Positions 36,452 through 46,372 of a stretch of DNA of 64,000 nt are shown here, one piece after another. The notes under the pieces were generated by a model that saw only the letters and a list, made by a program, of their open reading frames with translations, searched no databases and was not told the DNA's origin. Made by a program: the position numbers and the translations under genes. How positions within the stretch are numbered: the stretch's first letter is position 1; each line of letters opens with the position of its first letter. Origin of the DNA: a bacterium BMS3Bbin05 (GTDB taxonomy: Bacteria > Nitrospirota > Thermodesulfovibrionia > Thermodesulfovibrionales > BMS3Bbin05); the NCBI GenBank assembly GCA_002897855.1, contig BDTO01000020.1:4254-68253 (forward strand), written 5' to 3'.

Positions 36452-39268
36452 ATGGAAAAGCACTTCACGCCCAAAAAAATTGAGAGTAAATGGTATACCT
36501 ACTGGAATGAACACGGTTTCTTTTCTCCCGGAGACAATGGTAATCCCTTCAGCATTGTTATGCCGCCGCCGAATGTTACAGGATCTCTTCATATGGGACA
36601 TGCACTGAATGCGACATTGCAGGATATACTGGTCAGGTGGAAAAGGATGCTTGGTTATAGTGTTTTGTGGATACCGGGGACTGACCATGCAGGTATAGCT
36701 ACCCAGAATGTTGTTGAAAAAGAGTTGGCGAAAGAGGGGTTTACACGTCATGAAATTGGAAGAGATAAATTCATTGAAAGGGTATGGAAATGGAAGAAAC
36801 AATATGGTGATACTATTATAACCCAGCTGAAAAAGCTGGGAGCATCCTGCGACTGGAGCCGTCAGAGATTTACCCTCGATGCAGGTTTGTCGGCGGCTGT
36901 CAGAGAGGTTTTTGTCAAACTCTTTGAAGAAGACCTTATTTACAGGGATACAAGATTGATCAACTGGTGCCCGCGGTGTCACACTGCGCTTTCAGACCTC
37001 GAGGTGGAGCATGAAACGGTTGAGGGTAATCTGACATATATCAAGTACCACCTGGAAGATTCCGATCAAAATCTTATTGTCGCCACAACAAGGCCGGAGA
37101 CAATGCTGGGTGATTCTGCTGTTGCAGTTAATCCGGATGATGACAGGTACAGGACTCTTATAGGCAAATACTTAAAACTCCCTCTCACCGGCAGGAAGAT
37201 ACCCGTCATAGCAGACAATGCTGTTGATATTGAATTCGGTACAGGTGCGGTCAAGGTAACCCCTGCCCATGATTTTAATGATGAATCTATAGCAAAAAGG
37301 CAGAATCCTGTCCTGCCTTTTATAAAAGTTATAGGTGAAGACGGCCGAATGACCGGGGCTGCCGGAGAAAAATATGCAGGGATGGACAGATACAAATGCA
37401 GAAAGGCAGTTACAGATGATCTTAAATCCCTTGGACTTATCAGCAAGGTGGAAAAATACAGGCACTCAATAGGCCAGTGTTACAGATGTAAAACAGTCAT
37501 AGAACCGTTATCTACCATTCAGTGGTATGTAAATGTACAGGAGATGGCCGAAGAGGCAATGGATGTTGTCAGGAGTGGTAAGGTCGGGATAAGTCCTTCA
37601 GGATGGAAGAACAGTTATTTTTCATGGATGGAGAATATCAATGACTGGTGTATTTCAAGACAGATATGGTGGGGACACCGTATACCTGTCTGGTACTGCC
37701 CCTACTGCAGGACGGATGAGGGAATTCTTCAGGGAGAACTTATTCAACATGTTTTTTTCAGTCCTGTAAGCGTAGATGGGGACAGGGTTAATGGAGGCAC
37801 ATATGCCGAACTTAAATTAATGGGATTCTCTCATGAAGAGATAATCAGGAACTCGAAGCTAATAAGGATGGATGCTGCGGTCATGCCGTTATGCTCGAGA
37901 CAGGACATTGATGAGTGCCCTGAATGTGGAAATAGTAATATTATAAGGGATCCGGATGTTCTTGATACCTGGTTTTCATCCGCTTTGTGGCCTTTTTCGA
38001 CCCTCGGCTGGCCTGAAAAAACGGAGGATCTTCAGAAGTACTATCCTACGGATGTATTGGTAACCGGTTTTGATATACTTTTTTTCTGGGTTGCCAGGAT
38101 GATAATGATGGGGCTTAAATTTATGAAAGATGTGCCGTTCAGGGATGTTTACATCCATGCGCTTGTCAGGGATTCAGAGGGTAAAAAGATGAGCAAGTCC
38201 AAAGGAAATGTTATTGACCCGGTTATTATAATAGAAAAATACGGCACTGATTCTTTCAGGTTTACACTTACAGCCTTTGCTGCCCAGGGAAGAGATATAA
38301 AATTTTCCGAGGACAGGGTTGAAGGATACCGGCATTTTGTCAACAAGTTATGGAATGCCTCACGTTTCATCATGATGAATATTGAGGGTGAGCTTGTTTC
38401 TGATATGCCCGCTATTATGGAAATGACCCTGCCTGAAAGGTGGATTTTGTCAAGGCTTGCCGTCGCTGCCGACGATATAAATCAGGCGCTCGGAGAATTC
38501 AGGTTTAATGATGCGGCAAATGCAATTTACCAGTTCATATGGCATGAGTTATGTGACTGGTATATTGAGCTTTCCAAGCCTGTCCTGTATGGTGATAAAG
38601 GCAGGAAAAGGGATAATAACATCAAATGTATTTATTATGTGCTTGAAAAAAGTCTGAGGCTGTTACATCCCTTCATGCCTTTTATAACCGAGGAAATATG
38701 GCAGAATCTTCCTCATGAGGGTGAAAGCATCATGCTTAAGAAATATCCGGCGGATCTTCTGCATGATGATGATGCCGAAGCGCTTATGGGGTATGTGATG
38801 GAGGCTGTGTCAAGTGCCAGGAGTATAAGGGGCGAACTGAATATAGCACCTTCGCATGGACTTGAGGCCTTCATCAGGGTAAAGAATAATGTTGTAGCCG
38901 ATATACTGATTGAAAACGAAACCATCATTAAGAAACTTGCCGGTCTGAAGTCGCTTGTTATGGGCAGAGACGTACGGAAGCCTAAAGGCGCTGCATCGTC
39001 CATAACGCAGAATATGGAAGTGTTCATTCCAATAAAGGGAGCACTTGATATCAATGCAGAAATAGAAAGGCTGGACAGGGAGCTTAAGAAGGTTGAAGAA
39101 ACAATATCCTTTCTTGACAGGAAACTGCTGAATGAGGATTTCCTTAACAATGCGCCTTCCGGCATTGTTGTAAAAGAAAAGAAGCGATATTCTGAAAGCA
39201 TAGATAAGAAGGTGGGTATTGAAGAGAACATCAATCGTTTGAGAATGCTTTACAGAGATAACGAATAA
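36452..39268 (+). CDS. valS: valyl-tRNA synthetase (start 36452 preferred; 36428 and 36440 are possible)
   Basis: HMGH and KMSKS motifs and the C-terminal coiled coil. The listed 36401 start lies inside the terminator stem tail. Confidence 0.95.
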   Translation: MEKHFTPKKIESKWYTYWNEHGFFSPGDNGNPFSIVMPPPNVTGSLHMGHALNATLQDILVRWKRMLGYSVLWIPGTDHAGIATQNVVEKELAKEGFTRHEIGRDKFIERVWKWKKQYGDTIITQLKKLGASCDWSRQRFTLDAGLSAAVREVFVKLFEEDLIYRDTRLINWCPRCHTALSDLEVEHETVEGNLTYIKYHLEDSDQNLIVATTRPETMLGDSAVAVNPDDDRYRTLIGKYLKLPLTGRKIPVIADNAVDIEFGTGAVKVTPAHDFNDESIAKRQNPVLPFIKVIGEDGRMTGAAGEKYAGMDRYKCRKAVTDDLKSLGLISKVEKYRHSIGQCYRCKTVIEPLSTIQWYVNVQEMAEEAMDVVRSGKVGISPSGWKNSYFSWMENINDWCISRQIWWGHRIPVWYCPYCRTDEGILQGELIQHVFFSPVSVDGDRVNGGTYAELKLMGFSHEEIIRNSKLIRMDAAVMPLCSRQDIDECPECGNSNIIRDPDVLDTWFSSALWPFSTLGWPEKTEDLQKYYPTDVLVTGFDILFFWVARMIMMGLKFMKDVPFRDVYIHALVRDSEGKKMSKSKGNVIDPVIIIEKYGTDSFRFTLTAFAAQGRDIKFSEDRVEGYRHFVNKLWNASRFIMMNIEGELVSDMPAIMEMTLPERWILSRLAVAADDINQALGEFRFNDAANAIYQFIWHELCDWYIELSKPVLYGDKGRKRDNNIKCIYYVLEKSLRLLHPFMPFITEEIWQNLPHEGESIMLKKYPADLLHDDDAEALMGYVMEAVSSARSIRGELNIAPSHGLEAFIRVKNNVVADILIENETIIKKLAGLKSLVMGRDVRKPKGAASSITQNMEVFIPIKGALDINAEIERLDRELKKVEETISFLDRKLLNEDFLNNAPSGIVVKEKKRYSESIDKKVGIEENINRLRMLYRDNE

Positions 39269-39278
39269 AAGGGTTCCG

Positions 39279-40121
39279 GTGAATATCCCTTCTCACGTAA
39301 AAGACTTCATAGTAAGTGCCCTGTCGGAAGATATAGGGCATGGTGATGTTACTACAGATAGCATTATAGCCCCCTCGGCAAAAGCCGGGGCCATAGTTGT
39401 CGCAAAAGAGGATGCAGTAATCGCCGGCCTGGATTTCTTCAGGGAAGTTTTTTACCAGGTGAATACTTCGATTAAGATAAGAAGCAAGGTCAGGGATTCC
39501 GAGAAGATAAAAAGAGGTGGTACGGTTTGCGAAATTGCCGGCCCCGCCTGTGCCATACTTAATGCGGAAAGGGTTGCATTAAACATATTGCAGAGGTTAT
39601 CAGGGATAGCTACCTTTACATCCCTACTGGTGGAATCAAGCATGGGTTTTGATGTGAAGATAGCGGATACGAGGAAGACCACGCCATGCATGAGGTATAT
39701 GGAAAAATATGCCGTCAGGATGGGCGGCGGATACAATCACCGCTTTGGATTATATGACGGCATTCTAATAAAGGATAACCATATAAAGGCTGCCGGCGGT
39801 ATCGGGAAAGCCGTTGACAGGATAAGGGGGCATCATCTGCTGCTGAGAGTTGAGGTGGAGGTAAGAAATCTTGAGGAAGTTAAAGAAGCGCTGGATTCAG
39901 GAGTGGATGTAATCATGCTTGATAACATGACGGCCGCGAATATGAAAAAAGCGGTCGATCTGATAAGGAAGAATAACCGTGATATTATCATAGAGGCATC
40001 CGGCAATGTGACAGCCGGAAACATACGTGACATAGCCGCCACGGGTGTCGACATGATATCAATTGGGGCCCTCACCCATTCCGCACAGGCAGCTGATCTG
40101 AGCCTCAAGCTTGTAAGGTAG
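39279..40121 (+). CDS. nadC: nicotinate-nucleotide pyrophosphorylase (GTG start)
   Basis: Typical QPRTase sequence (DTRKT.P..R..EKYAV..GGG..HR), 280 aa. Confidence 0.92.
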   Translation: MNIPSHVKDFIVSALSEDIGHGDVTTDSIIAPSAKAGAIVVAKEDAVIAGLDFFREVFYQVNTSIKIRSKVRDSEKIKRGGTVCEIAGPACAILNAERVALNILQRLSGIATFTSLLVESSMGFDVKIADTRKTTPCMRYMEKYAVRMGGGYNHRFGLYDGILIKDNHIKAAGGIGKAVDRIRGHHLLLRVEVEVRNLEEVKEALDSGVDVIMLDNMTAANMKKAVDLIRKNNRDIIIEASGNVTAGNIRDIAATGVDMISIGALTHSAQAADLSLKLVR

Positions 40122-40199
40122 ACAGGACCACTCACCGCATTTTCGTATCCCTGTAGATTTGAGCTTATCCGGCGATAAATAGGGGAGTATAATAAAGTT

Positions 40200-40928
40200 A
40201 TGGAATATATTGGGTGCAGCGGGTTCATGTACGACCACTGGAGGGGGAACTTTTACACTGAAGGGATTGCAAAGAACAGGTGGTTCGAGTACTATTCCGG
40301 GCAGTTTGATGCCGTAGAGCTGAATGTAACGTTTTACAGGCTGCCGAAAACTGGAACATTCAGGAAATGGAAGGAATCGACACCGGAGGATTTTGCTTTT
40401 GCCCTGAAGGGGAGCAGATATATCAGTCACATAAAGCGCCTTTCGGACGTTTCAGAATCGGCGGAAAGATTCTTCGAAGGCGCATTGGAACTTGGAAAAA
40501 AATTGAAAGTTGTTCTGTGGCAGTTCCCGCCGCAATTCGGAAAGGATATTGAACGGCTTGGGCGGTTTCTTGATATCCTGGAACCATACAGAGTGAGAAA
40601 TGCCTTTGAGTTCAGGCATGAATCGTGGCTGAGCAAAGAAACCGATGGATTATTGAAAAAGTACAAATATTGCTACTGCATGGCCGACTGGCCGGAATTT
40701 TTAAAAGAGGTAACTTTGACGACGACGTACGCCTATATTCGGAGACACGGACATGGCGGGAGCTATGATACGAATTATTCGGATGAAGAGTTGAAAAAAG
40801 ACAAAAAGCTGATACAGTCTTTAAACATGAAAGGCGTTAAAGACGTTTATATTTTTTTTAATAATGACTATAGGGGATATGCCCCGAAAAACGCCCTGAC
40901 ACTGAAGAAACTGCTTGGTAAAAAGTGA
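40200..40928 (+). CDS. DUF72 family protein
   Basis: FYRLPK...PEDF.F..KGSRYISH pattern. Confidence 0.8.
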   Translation: MEYIGCSGFMYDHWRGNFYTEGIAKNRWFEYYSGQFDAVELNVTFYRLPKTGTFRKWKESTPEDFAFALKGSRYISHIKRLSDVSESAERFFEGALELGKKLKVVLWQFPPQFGKDIERLGRFLDILEPYRVRNAFEFRHESWLSKETDGLLKKYKYCYCMADWPEFLKEVTLTTTYAYIRRHGHGGSYDTNYSDEELKKDKKLIQSLNMKGVKDVYIFFNNDYRGYAPKNALTLKKLLGKK

Positions 40929-40929
40929 A

Positions 40930-41079
40930 TTAATCCCTTCGGACGAGGTAATCAAGGTCCCTGCCGGTATCACCCTTAACAACGCAAAAGAATACGAGGA
41001 GGCCTTTGCCTGTTTTTCCGACAATTTCACCGCCGACTGATACTTCTGCACCCGAAACTCTCTGAATCAGTGCCTTCAT
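40930..41079 (-). pseudogene. dtd: N-terminal remnant (49 codons) of D-aminoacyl-tRNA deacylase
   Basis: Translated manually: MKALIQRVSGAEVSVGGEIVGKTGKGLLVFFCVVKGDTGRDLDYLVRRD then stop. This matches the Dtd N-terminus (full length is about 145-150 aa). It ends 1 nt after the DUF72 stop codon. Confidence 0.55.
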
Positions 41080-41220
41080 GGATAATATATAATACATGAT
41101 ATAATTACTTTATCGCGATATGCCCCGACCTTATCGGGATTGGTACCATGGACTTTTTTGCCCGTGGGGCTCCATTGGCAGGACCATGGTTTGAACATTA
41201 GCCGGAGAGAAGGGATTGTT

Positions 41221-41856
41221 ATGTTGTCCGGAAAGGTTTTTTGGAGAATAGTGGTTGTGCTGATTATAACCGTTTTGTTTGCCGGTTGCGCGTCAATGTC
41301 AAACCTGCCTGTCACGGAGTCGTTTCCTCCCAAACCGGATAAAACTATCGTGCTTGTCGGTACAGGCGAGGCATTTCGGTTCTCGGACGGGTCCTGGATT
41401 AAGGCGCCTTCTTATAATTATGAATTTACAGTAGTTCAGAGGAGATATGGAGACCGGTGGGAATCCGTCAAGGAGATACACAGAAGGCATCCGCAATATG
41501 ACGGAAAGGCCGGGGACAGGGATCAGACGCATTATTTTGTTGTGAGATTCATGAGTAGAAGAAATGATGTAATTAAGTTCAGTGTTGTCTCTTCAATGGG
41601 GAGGGGCAGCGGAAAAGCTGATCCCGGTTTCCGAAACATGGTTGTTGAGCTGAGGCCGGAGGGTATAAGCAGATTTGCACCTTTTAATACATACAGGATA
41701 ACACAGCATTATCAATATCGGGAAGGGAAACTCAATGAACTGGTAGAGTTGTTCAGAAAAAAGGATGGAAGTGAGTACCCCTTCATGAAAATGGAAGAGA
41801 AAGCGGATATTTTCATGCACGGAAAATTGCCTGATTCACCGGGAATGGTGAAATAA
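41221..41856 (+). CDS. hypothetical lipoprotein
   Basis: Signal peptide with lipobox LFAGC from the ATG at 41221. No recognisable family. Confidence 0.6.
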   Translation: MLSGKVFWRIVVVLIITVLFAGCASMSNLPVTESFPPKPDKTIVLVGTGEAFRFSDGSWIKAPSYNYEFTVVQRRYGDRWESVKEIHRRHPQYDGKAGDRDQTHYFVVRFMSRRNDVIKFSVVSSMGRGSGKADPGFRNMVVELRPEGISRFAPFNTYRITQHYQYREGKLNELVELFRKKDGSEYPFMKMEEKADIFMHGKLPDSPGMVK

Positions 41857-41863
41857 TCAGAGA

Positions 41864-42439
41864 CTATCTTCTTCGGGGAGGCCCATACCAGTAATAACGA
41901 GGCTGATAGTAATGTCTGTACCACCAGGGATCATCCCACCAATAAGGATAGGCCGGATACAATACAGGATAGGGAGGAGCTATATAATAATACTGTTTTT
42001 CTTTCCACAGGTAGATATCCTTTATTTCGAAAACCGGGAATTTGTATTCCATTTCACCTATTTTACCTGTCTGCGTACCGGTGAATTCTCCTGCAATGGT
42101 GATTTTGCGTCCCTTGCGATAAATAAGCGGATCGAGGAGGCCCTGCTGTTTGGGATATATGGCCATAAACCGGTTGCCTGGAAGCTCGATATCCTGCAGA
42201 TATCCATTACTATCGACCGGCACATAAATGGCTTCTATCCTTGAACCATCGGCTGTAACTTTTGTCTTAACGACAATTCCGCCAAGAACAAATAACTTTC
42301 CAGCGTAAAGATCCGGATTGATCCTTAGCCCGGAGAAGGGTATTTCTCTGCTGGCAGAGTTCAGCAGTTCTTTTCTTATTACCGGAACACATGAAATAAG
42401 CGTTATACTAATCAGTATTATGAGAAGCAGTTTCTTCAT
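41864..42439 (-). CDS. Slp-family outer-membrane lipoprotein with aromatic/Pro-rich tail
   Basis: Lipobox LISC. Slp-like core (LLDPLIYRKGRKITIAGEF...IGEMEYKFPVF). C-terminal Y/W/P-rich run. Confidence 0.7.
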   Translation of the reverse strand: MKKLLLIILISITLISCVPVIRKELLNSASREIPFSGLRINPDLYAGKLFVLGGIVVKTKVTADGSRIEAIYVPVDSNGYLQDIELPGNRFMAIYPKQQGLLDPLIYRKGRKITIAGEFTGTQTGKIGEMEYKFPVFEIKDIYLWKEKQYYYIAPPYPVLYPAYPYWWDDPWWYRHYYQPRYYWYGPPRRR

Positions 42440-42564
42440 AATCAGTCTTAAATTTATCCCGACTGGCCCCGACTTTGTTCTGAATGAATGCAGTCAGTCG
42501 GGATGTCGCCCATATCGGGGTACTTACACCTGTCCCGACAAGGTCGGGGTTGATCTCCATAGTA

Positions 42565-42849
42565 TTATTTTATTTTTTTTACGAACTCTTCAGTAGTTAC
42601 AGCCGGCATTGTCAGAAGCTGTACAGAGCCCCTGGAACCGAGTTCCGCGGACATCTTCATGACTGTTTCGTTGTCGGGGGCTTCAACAATATTGACAAAA
42701 TCATATTCACCAAGTACTGCAAACTGTTCCTTTACCTTTACGCCCATCGATTCCAGTTCCCTGTTGACCTCAAGTATCCTCTCGGGTTTTTCTCTGATGG
42801 TCTTTCTGCCCTCGTCGGTTAATTTACTTAATATTACATAATAAGCCAT
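42565..42849 (-). CDS. GYD domain protein
   Basis: MAYYVIL...GEYDFVNIVEAPD pattern. GGGGG SD precedes the ATG at 42849. Confidence 0.8.
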   Translation of the reverse strand: MAYYVILSKLTDEGRKTIREKPERILEVNRELESMGVKVKEQFAVLGEYDFVNIVEAPDNETVMKMSAELGSRGSVQLLTMPAVTTEEFVKKIK

Positions 42850-42920
42850 GATCTGACCCCCTTTATCCGTTCTTAATTTATTTATACTCTTTAATATGTA
42901 AGATGTCAATAATTAACTGG

Positions 42921-43045
42921 CTGTTTTGCCCAAACCATAAATTGTCACCCTGAACTTGTTTCAGGGTCTCGTATCTCATTATTTTTATTAGATTCTGAAT
43001 CAAGTTCAGAATGACAGTAAGGGCATTTTCATATTTTGGCAACAG
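42921..43045. repeat. inverted-repeat-bounded segment, family B copy 2, inverted relative to copy 1
   Basis: CTGTTTTGCCCAAAC ... TTTGGCAACAG. The interior is the reverse complement of 30267-30437. Confidence 0.8.
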
Positions 43046-43129
43046 CCCGTTAAAAACAGTTTCCCCTTTTTCATTAAAGAGTTATGTGCTGTCACTACTG
43101 ATTATCGGGGGAACTCCTGTTAAGTTTAA
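43046..43129 (+). repeat. 84-bp module, second copy, in direct orientation with 30449-30532
   Basis: Near-identical sequence, read directly. Confidence 0.8.
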
Positions 43130-43519
43130 GCCGGGAAAAGAGATTATCGTGTTGTGGCAGGCTGCTGATACTTGCCGTATTTCAGTGAGTGAAAACACCG
43201 TTAAGTAGATTCTTCAGAACCATTGACTTCGGTTACAATTTACATAAATCCATGAACCCTGCTGACAAATACATGACGGAAAATGTAAAATTATATCCTG
43301 TGTTTTTCTTCGGATTTATGAGATAATATGAGTATCTGAATCGGTATATTTGCTCAAAGGAAGAGTTATTAATCGTCTCAAAATAGTGTGGACATATTAT
43401 TTGAAAAATCCCTCCTAACCTCCCTTTGCCAAAGGGAGGCGAGGGGAGATTTTTAGATTGATGTCGGTTCAATTATGAGAACCTTAATAACTTACTGAAA
43501 TATCGGATAATTTATAATT

Positions 43520-43614
<95 letters not shown>

Positions 43615-43625
43615 CAAGGTTTCCT

Positions 43626-43738
43626 TGCAGTTGGACAACAGCCCTGCGCAGCAGGGATGTGTGAACTCCGCCAGGTCCGGAAGGAAGCAACGGTAAGCAT
43701 TTTCTCTGGGTGCCGCAGTAAGTTGTTGTCCGGCTGCA
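43626..43738 (+). ncRNA. ffs: signal recognition particle RNA (small 4.5S type)
   Basis: Conserved CCAGGTCCGGAAGGAAGCAAC core. Closing helix TGCAGTTGGACAACA / TGTTGTCCGGCTGCA. Located just upstream of dnaX. Confidence 0.85.
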
Positions 43739-43781
43739 GAGAGACCTTGATGGGATGGATAGACAGAAATAAGGGGAATGA

Positions 43782-45380
43782 ATGGGATACCTGGTATTAG
43801 CAAGAAAATGGAGACCTTTGTCATTTGATGACCTCGCAGGACAGGATTCTATAGTAAGAGTGCTGCAGAATGCCGTCAAACAGTCAAGGATAGCTCATGC
43901 ATATCTGTTTTCGGGGCCGAGGGGCGTAGGGAAGACATCGACCGCGAGAATCCTGGCCAGGGCGCTTAACTGCGCCGAAGGGCCTACGGTTTCACCATGC
44001 GGAAAGTGTGATTTTTGTCAATCGATTGTGAACGGTTCTTCTGTTGATGTTATTGAGATTGACGGCGCTTCAAATAACAGTGTGGATGATATAAGAGACC
44101 TCAGGGAAAAGGTAAAATATGCTCCTTCCGCCGGCAGGTACAAGGTATATATCATCGATGAGGTACATATGCTGAGTCAGTCGGCGTTTAATGCACTGCT
44201 CAAGACCCTCGAAGAGCCCCCATCACATGTTATTTTTATCCTGGCTACTACAGCGCCTAACAAGATACCCATAACAGTTCTCTCAAGATGCCAGCACCTG
44301 CCTTTTAGAAGAATTACTGCCGCAACAATAAAGGAGAGATTGGGCTATATAATTTCCAGAGAGGATAATATATGTATAAGTGAGGATGCGCTTGTGCTCG
44401 TGGCCAGGGCTGCGGACGGCAGTATGAGGGATGCACTTACACTTCTGGACCAGGTATCGGCATTCTCTGAAGATATTCAGGCAGATGACATAAGAACATT
44501 GCTTGGCATTTCGGATTCCGCACTACTGCTTGATGTGGTTCGGGCGGTGCTATCCGGCGACAGGAAATCCATAATTTCCATTTCAGGAAATATCTATGAG
44601 GGCGGGATTGATATAAAGGGATTTTCAAGATCACTTATTATGCTTATAAGGAATCTTCTTGCCTGCAAAGTTCTGGATAGTATCGAAGGCCTGATGGATT
44701 TCAGCGAGGCTGAAAAGGAAAAGATAAGCGGAATCCTTTCATTAACTTCAGAGGAACACCTTGCATTGGTACTGGAAGCGCTTGTAAAGAGTGAAAATGA
44801 TATAAGGTTATCCGGATTCCCCCGAATAGCACTTGAGATGTCGTTGATCAGGGCGAGTTTCCTGTCCAGTTTCAGAGATGTGGGTGACGTGATAAACAAA
44901 CTCTCAAGAGGTATTCCGGTTTTTGATCCGGATTTGGAAACTCCTGAGCAAAACTCTGTACGGAAGAAAACTGAAACCGGTATTAACAATACCTGCAAAC
45001 TCTCGTCAGACACAACTGGAGGCAAAGATATATGGTCTGCCGTTGTCAGAAAGATAGATGAAAATAATCATCCCCTTGCGTGCAAGCTTGAGCTTGCAAA
45101 AGCGGAGTTGAATGATGATATTCTGACCATTATCTACAATGGAGGGCATGCTTTACATGCAGAATCGGTTAAGGATAAGAAAAACCTTGTTGAACGCATT
45201 GCAAGCGAGGTCGCTGCAAGGGCTATAAAGGTTAAAATAGAATCTAAAAAAAAAATAAATGAAAACAATGAAGATATCAGGCAGAAAATACTTAATGACC
45301 CTCTTGTAAAGGAGGCGCTTGAACTTTTTGACGGAAGGGTTGTAGATGTAAGGCCGCGTAATGCGAACGGGGAAAAGTAA
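43782..45380 (+). CDS. dnaX: DNA polymerase III subunit tau/gamma
   Basis: LARKWRP..F.D..GQ, GPRGVGKTS Walker A, zinc module CGKCDFC. Confidence 0.95.
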   Translation: MGYLVLARKWRPLSFDDLAGQDSIVRVLQNAVKQSRIAHAYLFSGPRGVGKTSTARILARALNCAEGPTVSPCGKCDFCQSIVNGSSVDVIEIDGASNNSVDDIRDLREKVKYAPSAGRYKVYIIDEVHMLSQSAFNALLKTLEEPPSHVIFILATTAPNKIPITVLSRCQHLPFRRITAATIKERLGYIISREDNICISEDALVLVARAADGSMRDALTLLDQVSAFSEDIQADDIRTLLGISDSALLLDVVRAVLSGDRKSIISISGNIYEGGIDIKGFSRSLIMLIRNLLACKVLDSIEGLMDFSEAEKEKISGILSLTSEEHLALVLEALVKSENDIRLSGFPRIALEMSLIRASFLSSFRDVGDVINKLSRGIPVFDPDLETPEQNSVRKKTETGINNTCKLSSDTTGGKDIWSAVVRKIDENNHPLACKLELAKAELNDDILTIIYNGGHALHAESVKDKKNLVERIASEVAARAIKVKIESKKKINENNEDIRQKILNDPLVKEALELFDGRVVDVRPRNANGEK

Positions 45381-45433
45381 TTGATTACTGCGGGTAAGGT
45401 AATCGACAATAATACAGAACCAGGGAGGTTTTT

Positions 45434-45775
45434 ATGTCAAAGAAGATGCTGGGCAATCTGATGAAAGAGGCTCAAAAGCTTCAGGCCGAAATGGCAAAAA
45501 TGCAGGAGCAGGCCAAAGAAAAGACCATCGAGGCCTCGTCCGGAGGAGGGATGGTTACTGTTGTGGCAAGCGGGGCAGGGGAGATTGTATCGATAAATAT
45601 CGATAAAGAGGTTGTTAACCCGGAAGATGTCGATATGCTTCAGGATCTTGTTGTTGCCGCCTGCAACGAAGCCCTGAGAAGGGCATCGGAGATGGTCAAC
45701 CAGGAGATGTCGAAATTAACCGGCGGACTTCAGATTCCCGGTCTTGGAGATATTGGGGACATGTTCGGTAAATGA
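45434..45775 (+). CDS. ybaB: nucleoid-associated protein YbaB/EbfC
   Basis: Typical length and the MMKEAQKLQ..M...Q pattern, located between dnaX and recR. Confidence 0.92.
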   Translation: MSKKMLGNLMKEAQKLQAEMAKMQEQAKEKTIEASSGGGMVTVVASGAGEIVSINIDKEVVNPEDVDMLQDLVVAACNEALRRASEMVNQEMSKLTGGLQIPGLGDIGDMFGK

Positions 45776-45778
45776 ATC

Positions 45779-46372
45779 ATGAGGCTTGGCATTATTGACA
45801 ATCTCATCAATGAACTGACCCGTCTTCCCGGCATAGGAAGAAAAACAGCTCAGAGGCTTGCATTTTATATCCTGAGCATGCCTGATGGAGAAGCCAGAGG
45901 GATAGCTGAAGCTATTACTGAGGTGAAGGCTAAAGCCCGTTTCTGTTCCATCTGTTTCAATATAACTGATACTGATATATGCGAAATATGCTCGGATAAC
46001 GAGAGGGACAGGACAAAAATATGTGTGGTTGAAGAGCCGAGTAACATCTCGGTGGTGGAAAGGGCGGGTATCTTCAGGGGGCTGTATCATGTACTCATGG
46101 GGGCTTTGTCTCCGATTGACGGGGTTACTCCTGAGAGGTTGAAAATCATGGAACTTGTAGACAGAGCCGGGAGAGATAATATTGAAGAAGTAATACTTGC
46201 GACTAATCCGAACACAAAGGGTGAAATGACGGCACAGTATATAGCCCGCTTACTGGAAGATACGGGTATTCGGGTAACGCGCATTGCATACGGACTGCCG
46301 ATGGGCAGTGATATCGAATTTGCCGACGAGGTTACACTGGGAAAAGCCATTGAAGGCAGACGGAAGCTTTAA
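45779..46372 (+). CDS. recR: recombination protein RecR
   Basis: LPGIGRKTAQRLAF HhH motif, C4 zinc finger and Toprim region. Confidence 0.95.
   Translation: MRLGIIDNLINELTRLPGIGRKTAQRLAFYILSMPDGEARGIAEAITEVKAKARFCSICFNITDTDICEICSDNERDRTKICVVEEPSNISVVERAGIFRGLYHVLMGALSPIDGVTPERLKIMELVDRAGRDNIEEVILATNPNTKGEMTAQYIARLLEDTGIRVTRIAYGLPMGSDIEFADEVTLGKAIEGRRKL

Noticed and set aside
40821-41051. 76-aa minus-strand ORF in the DUF72-lipoprotein spacer
   Set aside because: It is in the wrong frame relative to the recognisable dtd N-terminal remnant at 40930-41079, and it overlaps the DUF72 3' end.
43513-43518. TATAAT hexamer just upstream of tRNA-Ser, considered as its promoter -10
   Set aside because: It ends 2 nt before the mature 5' end, so the predicted start site would fall inside the tRNA. 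The candidate -35 (TTACTG) is only 15 nt away.
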